DNA of 64,000 nt from Patescibacteria group bacterium. Lineage in GTDB: Bacteria; Patescibacteriota; Patescibacteriia; SG8-24; DYFX01. A program made the position numbers and the translations under genes. The notes under the pieces were generated by a model, which had not been told where the DNA came from, searched no databases, and worked only from the letters and a program-made list of their open reading frames with translations. The stretch covers positions 902,657-966,656 of the forward strand of contig CP129476.1 of NCBI GenBank assembly GCA_030583805.1. Direction: 5' to 3'. Shown here one piece after another: positions 31,001 through 38,212 of the stretch. Numbering within the stretch: position 1 is the first letter of the stretch; each line of letters begins with the position of its first letter.

Positions 31001-31424
31001 CAACGTCCGCCAGGTGCTCTCGAAGCTGGAGATCGAGGCAGAATGGACGTTTGAGGACTGGATGCTCGAGATCGTCGCCGAGGAAGTGAACGTCAAGAAA
31101 GCGACGTACGAAAAAGACGACGAATTCGAAGTCGAGCTCGATACGGAGCTCACTCCCGAACTCAAGCGCGAGGGCGCCGCCCGCGAGCTCACGCGCGCCG
31201 TGAACGCGCTCCGCAAGGAAGCGAAGCTCACGATTCAGGACCGCATCACGCTGCTTGTCGAAGGTTTGGACGGCTTCTGGAAAGAGGTCATGGACGCGCA
31301 CGGCGCGCCCGTGCTCGCCGACGTTAAAGCTGACGCGGTGAAAGAAAGTCTGGACGGCGCCCTCGCGACGGGGGAGGTCGAAGCGGACGGCCAGGAGCTC
31401 AAAATCGGCATCGCCAAGAACTGA
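28014..31424 (+). CDS. ileS: isoleucine--tRNA ligase (type 2) carrying an inserted histidine-phosphatase (PGM-family) domain
   Basis: HHVLARAFKD (HIGH-like), editing domain, WAISRDRYWGTP, KMSKS; insert FFMVRHGRA...IVSHGD between CECG and CDCG zinc-knuckle halves; -10 TATATT 8 nt before ATG. Confidence 0.95.
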   Translation: MAAPNFPQLEEELLKDWEEKQIFKKTLEKPAPKGDFVFFEGPPTANGKPGIHHVLARAFKDLIPRFKTMQGYRVDRKAGWDTHGLPVELEVEKQLGLKNKKDVEAYGVEKFNEKCRESVWKYLDEWVKMTKRMGYWVDLEHPYVTYKNEFIESVWNIVAEVEKKNLLYKGYKIVPYCARCGTALSSHEVAQGYKEVTETSVYVRFKVKDEANTYFLAWTTTPWTLPSNTALAVGADLDYVKVKKGGDFYFVAKARVSLMEDVEIVEEMKGSDLVGQQYEPLYSFLPLAKPAHWVVAGSFVSTTDGSGIVHMAPFGEDDMNIIKEHDFPVLMTVGLDGAFIPEITPWAGKFVKDVDAEIVKDLSDRGLLYKEEKYTHDYPFCWRCSTPLLYYPKDSWFIAMSKLQKELVANNEKINWEPAHIKEGRFGEWLRGIKDWAISRDRYWGTPLPIWECECGKTQAIGSLSEMNEKRFRKNRFFMVRHGRAMSNQNGYISCWPERPDLEVHLTPEGEASVRATAERMKEEGIDLIFASDLKRTMQTAQLLAEITGAELKFDPRLREINVGVFNGKSEEEYSKQFASLEEKMTKPVEGGESLEDVRARMVAAVLEYDRTHEGKKIAIVSHGDPLWVLDAAMSGEWSAGVLENFGARYPDTGSGREFTVPNWPFDHKGALDVHKPFIDAVTIACDCGKEMKRVPEVMDVWFDSGAMPFAQWHYPFENKEKIDGGTGYPADFISEAIDQTRGWFYTLLAVSTLLGREPAYKNVICLGHLLDAKGQKMSKSKGNVVNPWDMFAKYGADAVRFHLFTVNQPGEAKRFDEKEVDGVIKKLFLILWNVQSFWKMYAGEKAKAQSEAPKPAHTLDAWVLSELASVTEKVTTNLERFDVVTAGRAIADFANDLSTWYLRRSRDRFKNGTDEEKASAVATLGHALLTVSKLLAPFTPHVAEGLYREVGGEKESVHLDAWPEAGTIDENLLLQMKRVRQACSMGLEKRAKAGINVRQVLSKLEIEAEWTFEDWMLEIVAEEVNVKKATYEKDDEFEVELDTELTPELKREGAARELTRAVNALRKEAKLTIQDRITLLVEGLDGFWKEVMDAHGAPVLADVKADAVKESLDGALATGEVEADGQELKIGIAKN

Positions 31425-31487
31425 CGCCAAGCGCCCGTTGACAAACGGGCGCTTTTGGTATGAGATTCTTCGCGGAGGAACCGTAAG

Positions 31488-31856
31488 ATGATCACGCATC
31501 CGAACGCTCATTTCGTCCTGTACGCGGACCGTGTAGATAAGACGTTGCACGTCCACCTCGCCACGACCGGCGACTTGGAGCAGCTCCGTGAGCAGATGGT
31601 CGACCTGGGCGAGCCGATCGCGGCCCACCTCGTCACGTTCGACGGCTTCAACGAGCGCGAGCAGCTCGTCGCCTTCGACCGTGCGCAAAGAGCGGGAAGC
31701 GCGGACTACGCCGAGATCATGTGCATGGAGCGCCTGCTGCTTCTCGGCGTTGCTGCCGGACGCGAGCTCGGCGCCCGGGAAGCGCGCGCCACGCGATCGC
31801 AAGAGGTGCTCGCGACGATGCGCCTGCCGTCACCCGAAGATGCCGCTACCGATTGA
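31488..31856 (+). CDS. hypothetical protein (122 aa)
   Basis: GGAGG SD 8 nt before ATG. Confidence 0.5.
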   Translation: MITHPNAHFVLYADRVDKTLHVHLATTGDLEQLREQMVDLGEPIAAHLVTFDGFNEREQLVAFDRAQRAGSADYAEIMCMERLLLLGVAAGRELGAREARATRSQEVLATMRLPSPEDAATD

Positions 31857-31904
31857 CCCGCCGCCATTGCGCGCGCGGGTTTTTTTCTTTATTGTGAATC
31901 CACT

Positions 31905-32183
31905 ATGCAAGACATCGGCAAAAAGTACCGCAAGATCGTCTTCGTCTGCACGAACCAGAAGGAGAACGGAAAAGAATGCTGCGCCATGAAAGGCGGGAGG
32001 GAATTGCACGCGAAGCTCAAAGAAGAAATGAAGAAAACGGACCTGACAATCCGCGTTTCCAAGTCCGGCTGTCTCGACCGCTGTTCCGAAGGCGTCACGG
32101 TGACGGTCCAGCCCGACGACGCGTGGTACGGCAACGTGACGGAAGCGGACATCCCCGAGCTCGTGAAGAAAATCGCTTCGTAA
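31905..32183 (+). CDS. thioredoxin-like [2Fe-2S] ferredoxin
   Basis: VFVCTNQ...ECCA...SGCLDRC Cys ligand pattern; 92 aa. Confidence 0.7.
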   Translation: MQDIGKKYRKIVFVCTNQKENGKECCAMKGGRELHAKLKEEMKKTDLTIRVSKSGCLDRCSEGVTVTVQPDDAWYGNVTEADIPELVKKIAS

Positions 32184-32216
32184 AAAGAAAAGCCGCCCGA
32201 TGACCGGGCGGTTTTT
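32184..32216. terminator. bidirectional intrinsic terminator (aaaagccgcccg-auga-ccgggcgguuuuu)
   Basis: A-run/GC hairpin/U-run between convergent genes. Confidence 0.65.
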
Positions 32217-32217
32217 G

Positions 32218-32523
32218 TTACGCGGGCTGGGTGAACGGCGCGGCAATGTAGACGCCGCAGGCCGGAAGACCCTCCGTCGGGACACCGGCGGCGCGGAACG
32301 CCTCGATGCTCAGATGCTGGGTGTGGCGGAATCCGCAGGTTTCGACGGCGACGCCGAACGTTCCGGGATCGTCGGTTGCCTCGATCGGCACGAGCGCGAC
32401 GAAGCCGTCGAACGGTTCGCGCAGCGGGCCGAACGCGCGGGCGATGTTTTCGACCTCGCGTCCAACCCCGGCCACGACCGCATCCCGAATCTCATGCAAG
32501 CGTACGGGAGAAAATGTCATCAT
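32218..32523 (-). CDS. hypothetical protein (101 aa)
   Basis: ORF between terminator and kinase-like genes. Confidence 0.4.
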   Translation of the reverse strand: MMTFSPVRLHEIRDAVVAGVGREVENIARAFGPLREPFDGFVALVPIEATDDPGTFGVAVETCGFRHTQHLSIEAFRAAGVPTEGLPACGVYIAAPFTQPA

Positions 32524-32564
32524 AGGGTTCTTTCCTAATGCTGCTGCGCCTGAGTATGCGCTTT

Positions 32565-32996
32565 TTAAGCCTTTTTGTCAAGACCGGCTTGGCGCCAGGA
32601 TGCCATGGGCGCGCGTGCCCGCTTCGGGTCGCCCGACTCTCCGTTTCCGGATCCGCGAAGCTGCTCGATCAAGCCGTCGTAGCCCGCCGTCATCATGACT
32701 TCTTGGCCGAAATTCTCGATCTGCATGGCCTGTTCCTCGCTGACGCCTTCGGTCGAGAGGCCGAAATCGATGACGAAGACGTCGCCCGTATCGGCAATCA
32801 TGACGTTTTTGGGGTGAAAGTCCCGGTGCCAAAACTTTTCGCGCTTTGAAAGTGCGGCAAAGGCTTGGATCGCCTTGAACTGATCTTCCGTCACGATCGC
32901 GGACTGCTTGCGGAAACACGTGTCCCACATCGCCTTCTCGATTTCTTTGTGGCGCCCCTGCTGGTAGTACTGCGCCATTCCGGTGCGTCGAATCAA
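32565..32996 (-). CDS. protein-kinase-like fold, C-lobe half (HRDFHPKN catalytic loop, IDFG)
   Basis: APH/RIO/Kdo-kinase-like catalytic motifs; starts at ATGA overlap with N-lobe ORF. Confidence 0.6.
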   Translation of the reverse strand: MIRRTGMAQYYQQGRHKEIEKAMWDTCFRKQSAIVTEDQFKAIQAFAALSKREKFWHRDFHPKNVMIADTGDVFVIDFGLSTEGVSEEQAMQIENFGQEVMMTAGYDGLIEQLRGSGNGESGDPKRARAPMASWRQAGLDKKA

Positions 32997-33538
32997 AAAA
33001 TCTTCAACGTAGGAATCGTCGGGGTGAGCCGAAAGTCCTCAACGTCCTTTTCGGAAAGATGCCCGCTGGCCACGCCTTCCGTGCGAAGGTAATTTTCCAT
33101 CAAGAGCCTCCAAAGCGTTTTGCCCTGGACGCGCTCCATCACCAGCACTTCGCTGCCGCTCTCGCGCGTGTATCCGATCGGCTCCGGCACGCGCACGCGC
33201 GGCGCCTTCGGATACTTCGTGCGCCAGCCTTCGGTCATCTGCCACGCGCGCATCTGCAATTCGAATTCGGTTTCGAGATCGTTCAGCACGCCGGGGTGCG
33301 GCCTGTCGGTGTAGGCGAACTTTGAAACGAATTTCTTGAGAGCGGGGTCCGCGGTGTGCGTCATGACTTCCGCGGTCGTGCCGGCGCCGAGGCGGGTTTG
33401 GTTCGATCGATCAAGAAACGCTCTCGAAAAAGCGTCTAAGACGCGCTCCTTGTCTTCGAGCCGCATCTCCGGCCGTTCAAACGGCGAAAGACGCACTTTC
33501 TTTTCGGGTTTCTCCTGCATATGCGGGGAGCGTAGCAC
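32993..33538 (-). CDS. protein-kinase-like fold, N-lobe half (through hinge VLVMERVQG)
   Basis: ends 90 aa before expected catalytic loop, which is in next ORF in another frame. Confidence 0.55.
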   Translation of the reverse strand: MLRSPHMQEKPEKKVRLSPFERPEMRLEDKERVLDAFSRAFLDRSNQTRLGAGTTAEVMTHTADPALKKFVSKFAYTDRPHPGVLNDLETEFELQMRAWQMTEGWRTKYPKAPRVRVPEPIGYTRESGSEVLVMERVQGKTLWRLLMENYLRTEGVASGHLSEKDVEDFRLTPTIPTLKIF

Positions 33539-33566
33539 GCCGCAGAGCGAAAAAAAAGTCCGCGAG

Positions 33567-33923
33567 TCACTTGATCACGCGGAGAAGAGGGGAGGCGGGA
33601 TGTCCGAAAAACTGGAGGAATTGGGCGAGCGGAAGATGCACGGTTCGAGGATCGCCCGGCCAGGAGAAGAAGACGAGGCGGTCGTCGTGGCGGTAGGTGA
33701 TCGCGTCACACCCGCACGACTCCAGCGCGGTCTCGCAGAAGATGCGGACGCGATCTTCGAGCAGCGCGCGCTGCTCCAGCGCTCTTCGTTCACGGCGTTC
33801 CGCGCAGTCTTCGAAGGGGGCGTCGGTTTGGCGCATGCGTTTCTCCGCGGGGCTGATCGGCCGAGGCGGGGCGCTCCTCCAGCCGATTTCCAGTTCGAAG
33901 GCCTCGTATTCCTGCTCATCCAT
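33567..33923 (-). CDS. hypothetical protein (118 aa)
   Basis: ORF only. Confidence 0.4.
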   Translation of the reverse strand: MDEQEYEAFELEIGWRSAPPRPISPAEKRMRQTDAPFEDCAERRERRALEQRALLEDRVRIFCETALESCGCDAITYRHDDRLVFFSWPGDPRTVHLPLAQFLQFFGHPASPLLRVIK

Positions 33924-33999
33924 GAGGACCTCCTCGGAAGAAGCTTAGTGCCAAAAAAACGAAGTTGTCAAGGCTGAAAACCGGGGGTAGACTGAACCC

Positions 34000-34548
34000 A
34001 TGATTGCCTTTCTCAAAGGGTTGGTTCTGGAAAAAGGCCGCGAGCATGTCATTCTGCTCGTCGGCGATATCGGCTATCTCGTGAAGGTACCGACGCACCT
34101 TTTGGCTGCCCTGGAAAAGGGGAACGAGGCGCGGCTCTATACCCACCAGATCATCCGCGAGGACGCGAACGATCTGGTCGGCTTCGCGACGGTCGCCGAA
34201 CTCGAACTCTTCTGGAAACTGATCACGGTCTCCGGCGTCGGCCCCAGGATGGCCTTGCAGCTTTTGTCGCTCGGCACGGTCGAGAGCGTGCGCGGCGCCG
34301 TCGAGCGCGGCGACGTTTCCTATCTTGAAAGCGCCCAAGGCGTCGGCCGCAAGACGGCGCAGCGCGTCGTACTCGAACTCAAGGGCAAGCTCGTTACGGA
34401 CGAGGAGCCCGGCGAGGGAGGCGACGAGGCCGTTTCGGCGCTTGAGAACCTCGGGTATGCCCGCCACAAGGCGCGGGAGATCGTGAAAGATATCGAAGGC
34501 ACGACGGAAGAGCGCATCAAGATCGCGCTTAGAATGCTCTCGCGCTAA
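34000..34548 (+). CDS. ruvA: Holliday junction DNA helicase RuvA
   Basis: MIAFLKG..., two HhH motifs (VSGVGPRMALQLL, ESAQGVGRKTAQRVVLEL). Confidence 0.9.
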   Translation: MIAFLKGLVLEKGREHVILLVGDIGYLVKVPTHLLAALEKGNEARLYTHQIIREDANDLVGFATVAELELFWKLITVSGVGPRMALQLLSLGTVESVRGAVERGDVSYLESAQGVGRKTAQRVVLELKGKLVTDEEPGEGGDEAVSALENLGYARHKAREIVKDIEGTTEERIKIALRMLSR

Positions 34549-35525
34549 TGGAACGCGTCACCGTACAAGGCGATTGGAACCAGGAAGCGCTTCGCTTGGG
34601 CGGAGGCTTTTTGCAGTCTTGGGAGTGGGGGACGTTTCAAGAGAGGGCGGGCGCCGAGATCGCGCGATGGCGCGGAGCCGCGCCGGAAGGAGCCGGAAAC
34701 CGCGCCGCGCTCGCGCTGCTCGTGAAGCGCGCGCTGCCGTTCGGCCGGTCGTATTGGTACTGCCCGCGCGGTCCGCTTGGCGCGGACGCGGTCGAGAAGC
34801 TGGTCGCCTCCGACGCGCTTCGCGGCGCGTTGTTCCTCCGCTGCGAGCCGAGCGAGACGCTGCCGGCCGCGCGCAAGGTGCGCGACGTCCAGCCGTGCCA
34901 GACCCTGATCGTCGATCTCCGGCAGGATACCGAGGCGCTGCTCGCCGCGATGCATGAAAAGTGGCGTTACAATATCCGCTTGGCGGAGCGCAAAGGCGTA
35001 AAAGTGTATATGGCCGGCACGCACGATCCGAGCGCGATCGATATCTTCTGGCGGCTGATGTCGGAAACGACGGAGCGCGACGGGTTCCGCGCCCATGGAA
35101 AAGAATACTACCGGCTGATGCTCGAGACGCTCGCGGGCGATCCAGAGACGGACGGCAAGACGCGCCCGGTCGCGCGGCTCGTCTTCGCCGAACACGACGG
35201 CAAGGTGCTGGCTGCCAATTTGATGCTGTTTTTCGGCGGAACGGCGACCTATCTCCACGGCGCTTCGAGCCGAGAACGCCGCGAAGTCATGGCGCCGCAA
35301 GCGCTCCATTGGCAAGCGATGCAGGACGCCAAGGCTTGGGGCTACACGGATTACGATTTCTGGGGCGTGGCGCCCGAAGGCATCGAGGGTCATCCTTGGG
35401 CCGGCATTACGCGTTTCAAGCGCGGTTTCGGCGGCCGTTACGTCAGCTATCCCGGCACGTTCGACTTGCCGCTCGATCAATTTTGGTATACGGTCTACGC
35501 CTTCGCGCGACGCCTGCGCCCATAG
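34548..35525 (+). CDS. FemAB-family peptidoglycan aminoacyl(peptidyl)transferase
   Basis: FemAB/MurM-like GNAT-tandem pattern (YWYCPRGP, ATYLHGAS, FKRGFGG); TAATG overlap with ruvA. Confidence 0.75.
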   Translation: MERVTVQGDWNQEALRLGGGFLQSWEWGTFQERAGAEIARWRGAAPEGAGNRAALALLVKRALPFGRSYWYCPRGPLGADAVEKLVASDALRGALFLRCEPSETLPAARKVRDVQPCQTLIVDLRQDTEALLAAMHEKWRYNIRLAERKGVKVYMAGTHDPSAIDIFWRLMSETTERDGFRAHGKEYYRLMLETLAGDPETDGKTRPVARLVFAEHDGKVLAANLMLFFGGTATYLHGASSRERREVMAPQALHWQAMQDAKAWGYTDYDFWGVAPEGIEGHPWAGITRFKRGFGGRYVSYPGTFDLPLDQFWYTVYAFARRLRP

Positions 35526-35592
35526 CTCAGCTGGATAGAGTGCTTCCCTCCGAAGGAAGAGGTCGGACGTTCGAATCGTCCTGGGCGCACCA
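35516..35592 (+). tRNA. tRNA-Arg (anticodon CCG)
   Basis: GCGCCCA acceptor, anticodon loop cuCCGaa, GGACGTTCGAATCGTCC T-arm, CCA encoded; 5' end overlaps Fem gene stop. Confidence 0.9.
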
Positions 35593-35663
35593 CGAAAGAC
35601 GTCCGGTCATGCCGGACGTTTTTCGTTTGCCATTTCGGTCGGCGGCTCTTATACTCAGCGCAT

Positions 35664-36200
35664 ATGCGTACGGCACCCGCACGTCTTCTCCTCGGCGCGA
35701 CATTGCTTGTCGCCGGTTTCGGCGTGATCACGGGCGGTTCGCCGCTGCGGAACGATCTCGTGCAAGGCGCTTTCGGTCTTGTCGACATGAAAGAGCGCCA
35801 GTGCCGGAAAGCGCCGTCGGCCGTCGGTTCCGTCTGCCCGAAGGGCTGCGAAGCCCGCCCGAGCCGCTCGCCGTCTGACCGATTGGTTCCGACGGAATGC
35901 CACAGCCCGATGTGGCTCGCGACTTGCGGCGATGCCTGCGATGCCGACGAAGGCTATATCCGTCTTGAAGACGGCGGTCTTGCCGACGCGCTGCGCCTGC
36001 GCCTCGTGCTTGAACAAGCGGCAGATGACGACATGCGGAAAAAGCTTGCCGCATACGGCGTCACGCTCGAGGCGCGGTTCGATGGCCTGTACCACTATGA
36101 CGCCGTCATTTCTCCCGACGCCGGCACCTCTTTGGAAAAAACCAAAAAGCGCCTCGAGGCGCTTTCCAGTGTCCGCTTCGTGGACTACGTTTTGAAGTAA
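35664..36200 (+). CDS. secreted Cys-rich hypothetical protein (178 aa)
   Basis: signal peptide LLLGATLLVAGFGV; multiple Cys. Confidence 0.5.
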   Translation: MRTAPARLLLGATLLVAGFGVITGGSPLRNDLVQGAFGLVDMKERQCRKAPSAVGSVCPKGCEARPSRSPSDRLVPTECHSPMWLATCGDACDADEGYIRLEDGGLADALRLRLVLEQAADDDMRKKLAAYGVTLEARFDGLYHYDAVISPDAGTSLEKTKKRLEALSSVRFVDYVLK

Positions 36201-36349
36201 TTCCTTTCCCTACCACCCACGTAAGAACCGGGTGCGAGTTCGAGGCGCGCGAGGACTGTTTGAGGCAGGCGAGCAACGATGCGAGCCGGTTCCCCGACGT
36301 AGTCGGGGAAGCCGAGTTCCGCAGCGCGCCGAGAATTCGCGCCCGGTTC

Positions 36350-38212
36350 TTATTCTCTCACCACACCTTTACCGGCGGCCGACGCGTCACCCAGGAGATC
36401 GGTTCCGATAGCCGGAGCCGTTTTTAGTATCACCGTTCCGACGTCCTTGTCGAATCCTTCGAGCCTGTTGTCGCCGGTCAGGTCGATGATTTTTCCCACA
36501 TCCTCCGCTTCAGGCGTCAGCTCGACGTCGAAGGTGACGGTCACCGAATCCACGGAGGTCGGCATGCGGTTGAGGCGCCAGGTGACCTTGCGGCCGGTTT
36601 CGTCGAACGTCAGGCTTCCGGCTTCGACCAAACGATCCTCGCCGGTCCACTTCACGCCTTGCGGCAAGAGCGTGCTGGCCGTCAGATCCGTCAGTTCATG
36701 GAGCGAGTTTTGCACGACCCACGTGATGCGGTACACGGTCTTCTCTCCGGCAATGGGAGGAAGAGGGCCGGACCCGACCGGCGTTCCGTCCTCGGTGAAG
36801 TAACGGCCGAAGGCTTGGAAGGCGGTGTCGCTTTGCAGGCGGATGTCGAACGGCGCGGTGTCGACTTGGCGCGTTCCAGGGACGTTCCCGGCCTTGCCAA
36901 TCGCGGCGCTCGCTACGGCGTGGATCGCGTATACGGACGTTTCCACGTCAGCGAAGGGCTTGCGAATCAGTTGTACCGAGAAAGCGATCTCGCCTTTATC
37001 TCCCGGCTCAAGCAATGCGAGTGCCGGCAGTTCTTTTTTGGTCCATGTAAGCGTCGAGCCGACGCGCCTGACGGACAAGTCGTCCTTCAGCGAGACCCAG
37101 TCGAGAATCGTCCGGCCTACCGGCTCCGAGGGGAGCGAGGCGGAAATCGCCACGTCCTTCAACGAAACGTCGCTGGCGTTTTCGTACCGCACCGCGAAGT
37201 AGAGCGTATCGCCGAACGAGACGACGGGCGGCTTGTTGGAGCCGTTGACGATGAGTGCCAGATCAAGATTGCTCTTGAGCACGTTCGTCGTCGTGTCCGC
37301 TTTCGCGATTTCGATCAGCTTGGCGTTTTCGGCGAAGCCCATGCGGGCATGCATCGTCTTTCGGCCTCGCGATGTCGCGGAAAACGTTCCTTGCACCGCG
37401 ATCGTCCCTTTGCTCTTCGGCTCGATCGTCGGAAACGTCCATTGCAGGGCGACACCCTCGTCGTTTTTCGGCTTGGATGAAGCGAAGATAAAGCCCTCAA
37501 GCGGATCGATTTGCAGACGGACGTTCTCGAGCGGAAGCTCCGACAGGTTCTCGTATTCGAAGACGTACGCGATATCGTCGCCCGGCGTCATTTCAGGCGT
37601 GCCGGTGGCCGAGAGCGTGAGCGCCGCGTCCTTGACGACGACCGTATGCGAGGCGACTCTTTGGAATTCAGCGTTGAAATCCGCGGGCTTGTAGTCGAGC
37701 TCCGCTTGAAAGGTGAGCGCGGCTTCGAGCTCGCGTCTCACGTAACCGCGGACGCGCACCTCGCCCTCTCCTCCGGGAGCCACGGAGCCGATCGTCCACG
37801 TGCCGTCGTCGGCCGAAGGAAGGTCGGTGCCCGTCATCTGGAATCCGTCCGGAAGCCGCAAGACGATGCTGGCTCGCGCGAGCGGGATGCGTTCGCGATT
37901 TTGGTAGCGCACGACGACTTCCTCTTCGTTGCCGGATGTGAAACTGCCGTCCGTCTGCACGGTCAGGAGGACTTGTTCGCCGCTGAAACCCGACGTGCGC
38001 GCGAAGAGGAAGATGCCGGCCCAGGCCGCGCCGCCAAGCGCCAGAAGGCCGAAGGCGATGAAGATCAGGGCGGAACGCAAACGGCTTCTCGGCTTGCCGT
38101 CGAGGCGCGTGAAGTCGGGCATCGCCCCGTCGGAGTCGGCGTAAATCTGCTTCAGCTCTTGGCCAAGATCCTGCTTGATTTTTTTCGGCTTCTCCTCCAT
38201 AGAAGGCTTCAT
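36350..38212 (-). CDS. membrane-anchored protein with tandem DUF11/CARDB-like beta-sandwich repeats
   Basis: N-terminal TM (ALIFIAFGLLALGGAAWAGIFLF) then >=4 repeats of the Y.V.Y.N.S...L.NV pattern. Confidence 0.7.
   Translation of the reverse strand: MKPSMEEKPKKIKQDLGQELKQIYADSDGAMPDFTRLDGKPRSRLRSALIFIAFGLLALGGAAWAGIFLFARTSGFSGEQVLLTVQTDGSFTSGNEEEVVVRYQNRERIPLARASIVLRLPDGFQMTGTDLPSADDGTWTIGSVAPGGEGEVRVRGYVRRELEAALTFQAELDYKPADFNAEFQRVASHTVVVKDAALTLSATGTPEMTPGDDIAYVFEYENLSELPLENVRLQIDPLEGFIFASSKPKNDEGVALQWTFPTIEPKSKGTIAVQGTFSATSRGRKTMHARMGFAENAKLIEIAKADTTTNVLKSNLDLALIVNGSNKPPVVSFGDTLYFAVRYENASDVSLKDVAISASLPSEPVGRTILDWVSLKDDLSVRRVGSTLTWTKKELPALALLEPGDKGEIAFSVQLIRKPFADVETSVYAIHAVASAAIGKAGNVPGTRQVDTAPFDIRLQSDTAFQAFGRYFTEDGTPVGSGPLPPIAGEKTVYRITWVVQNSLHELTDLTASTLLPQGVKWTGEDRLVEAGSLTFDETGRKVTWRLNRMPTSVDSVTVTFDVELTPEAEDVGKIIDLTGDNRLEGFDKDVGTVILKTAPAIGTDLLGDASAAGKGVVRE

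Noticed and set aside
28008-31802. 1,264-aa ORF on the minus strand
   Set aside because: Antisense shadow of ileS; Arg/Ala/Gly-rich, no motifs. The ileS frame on the plus strand has full-length family similarity.
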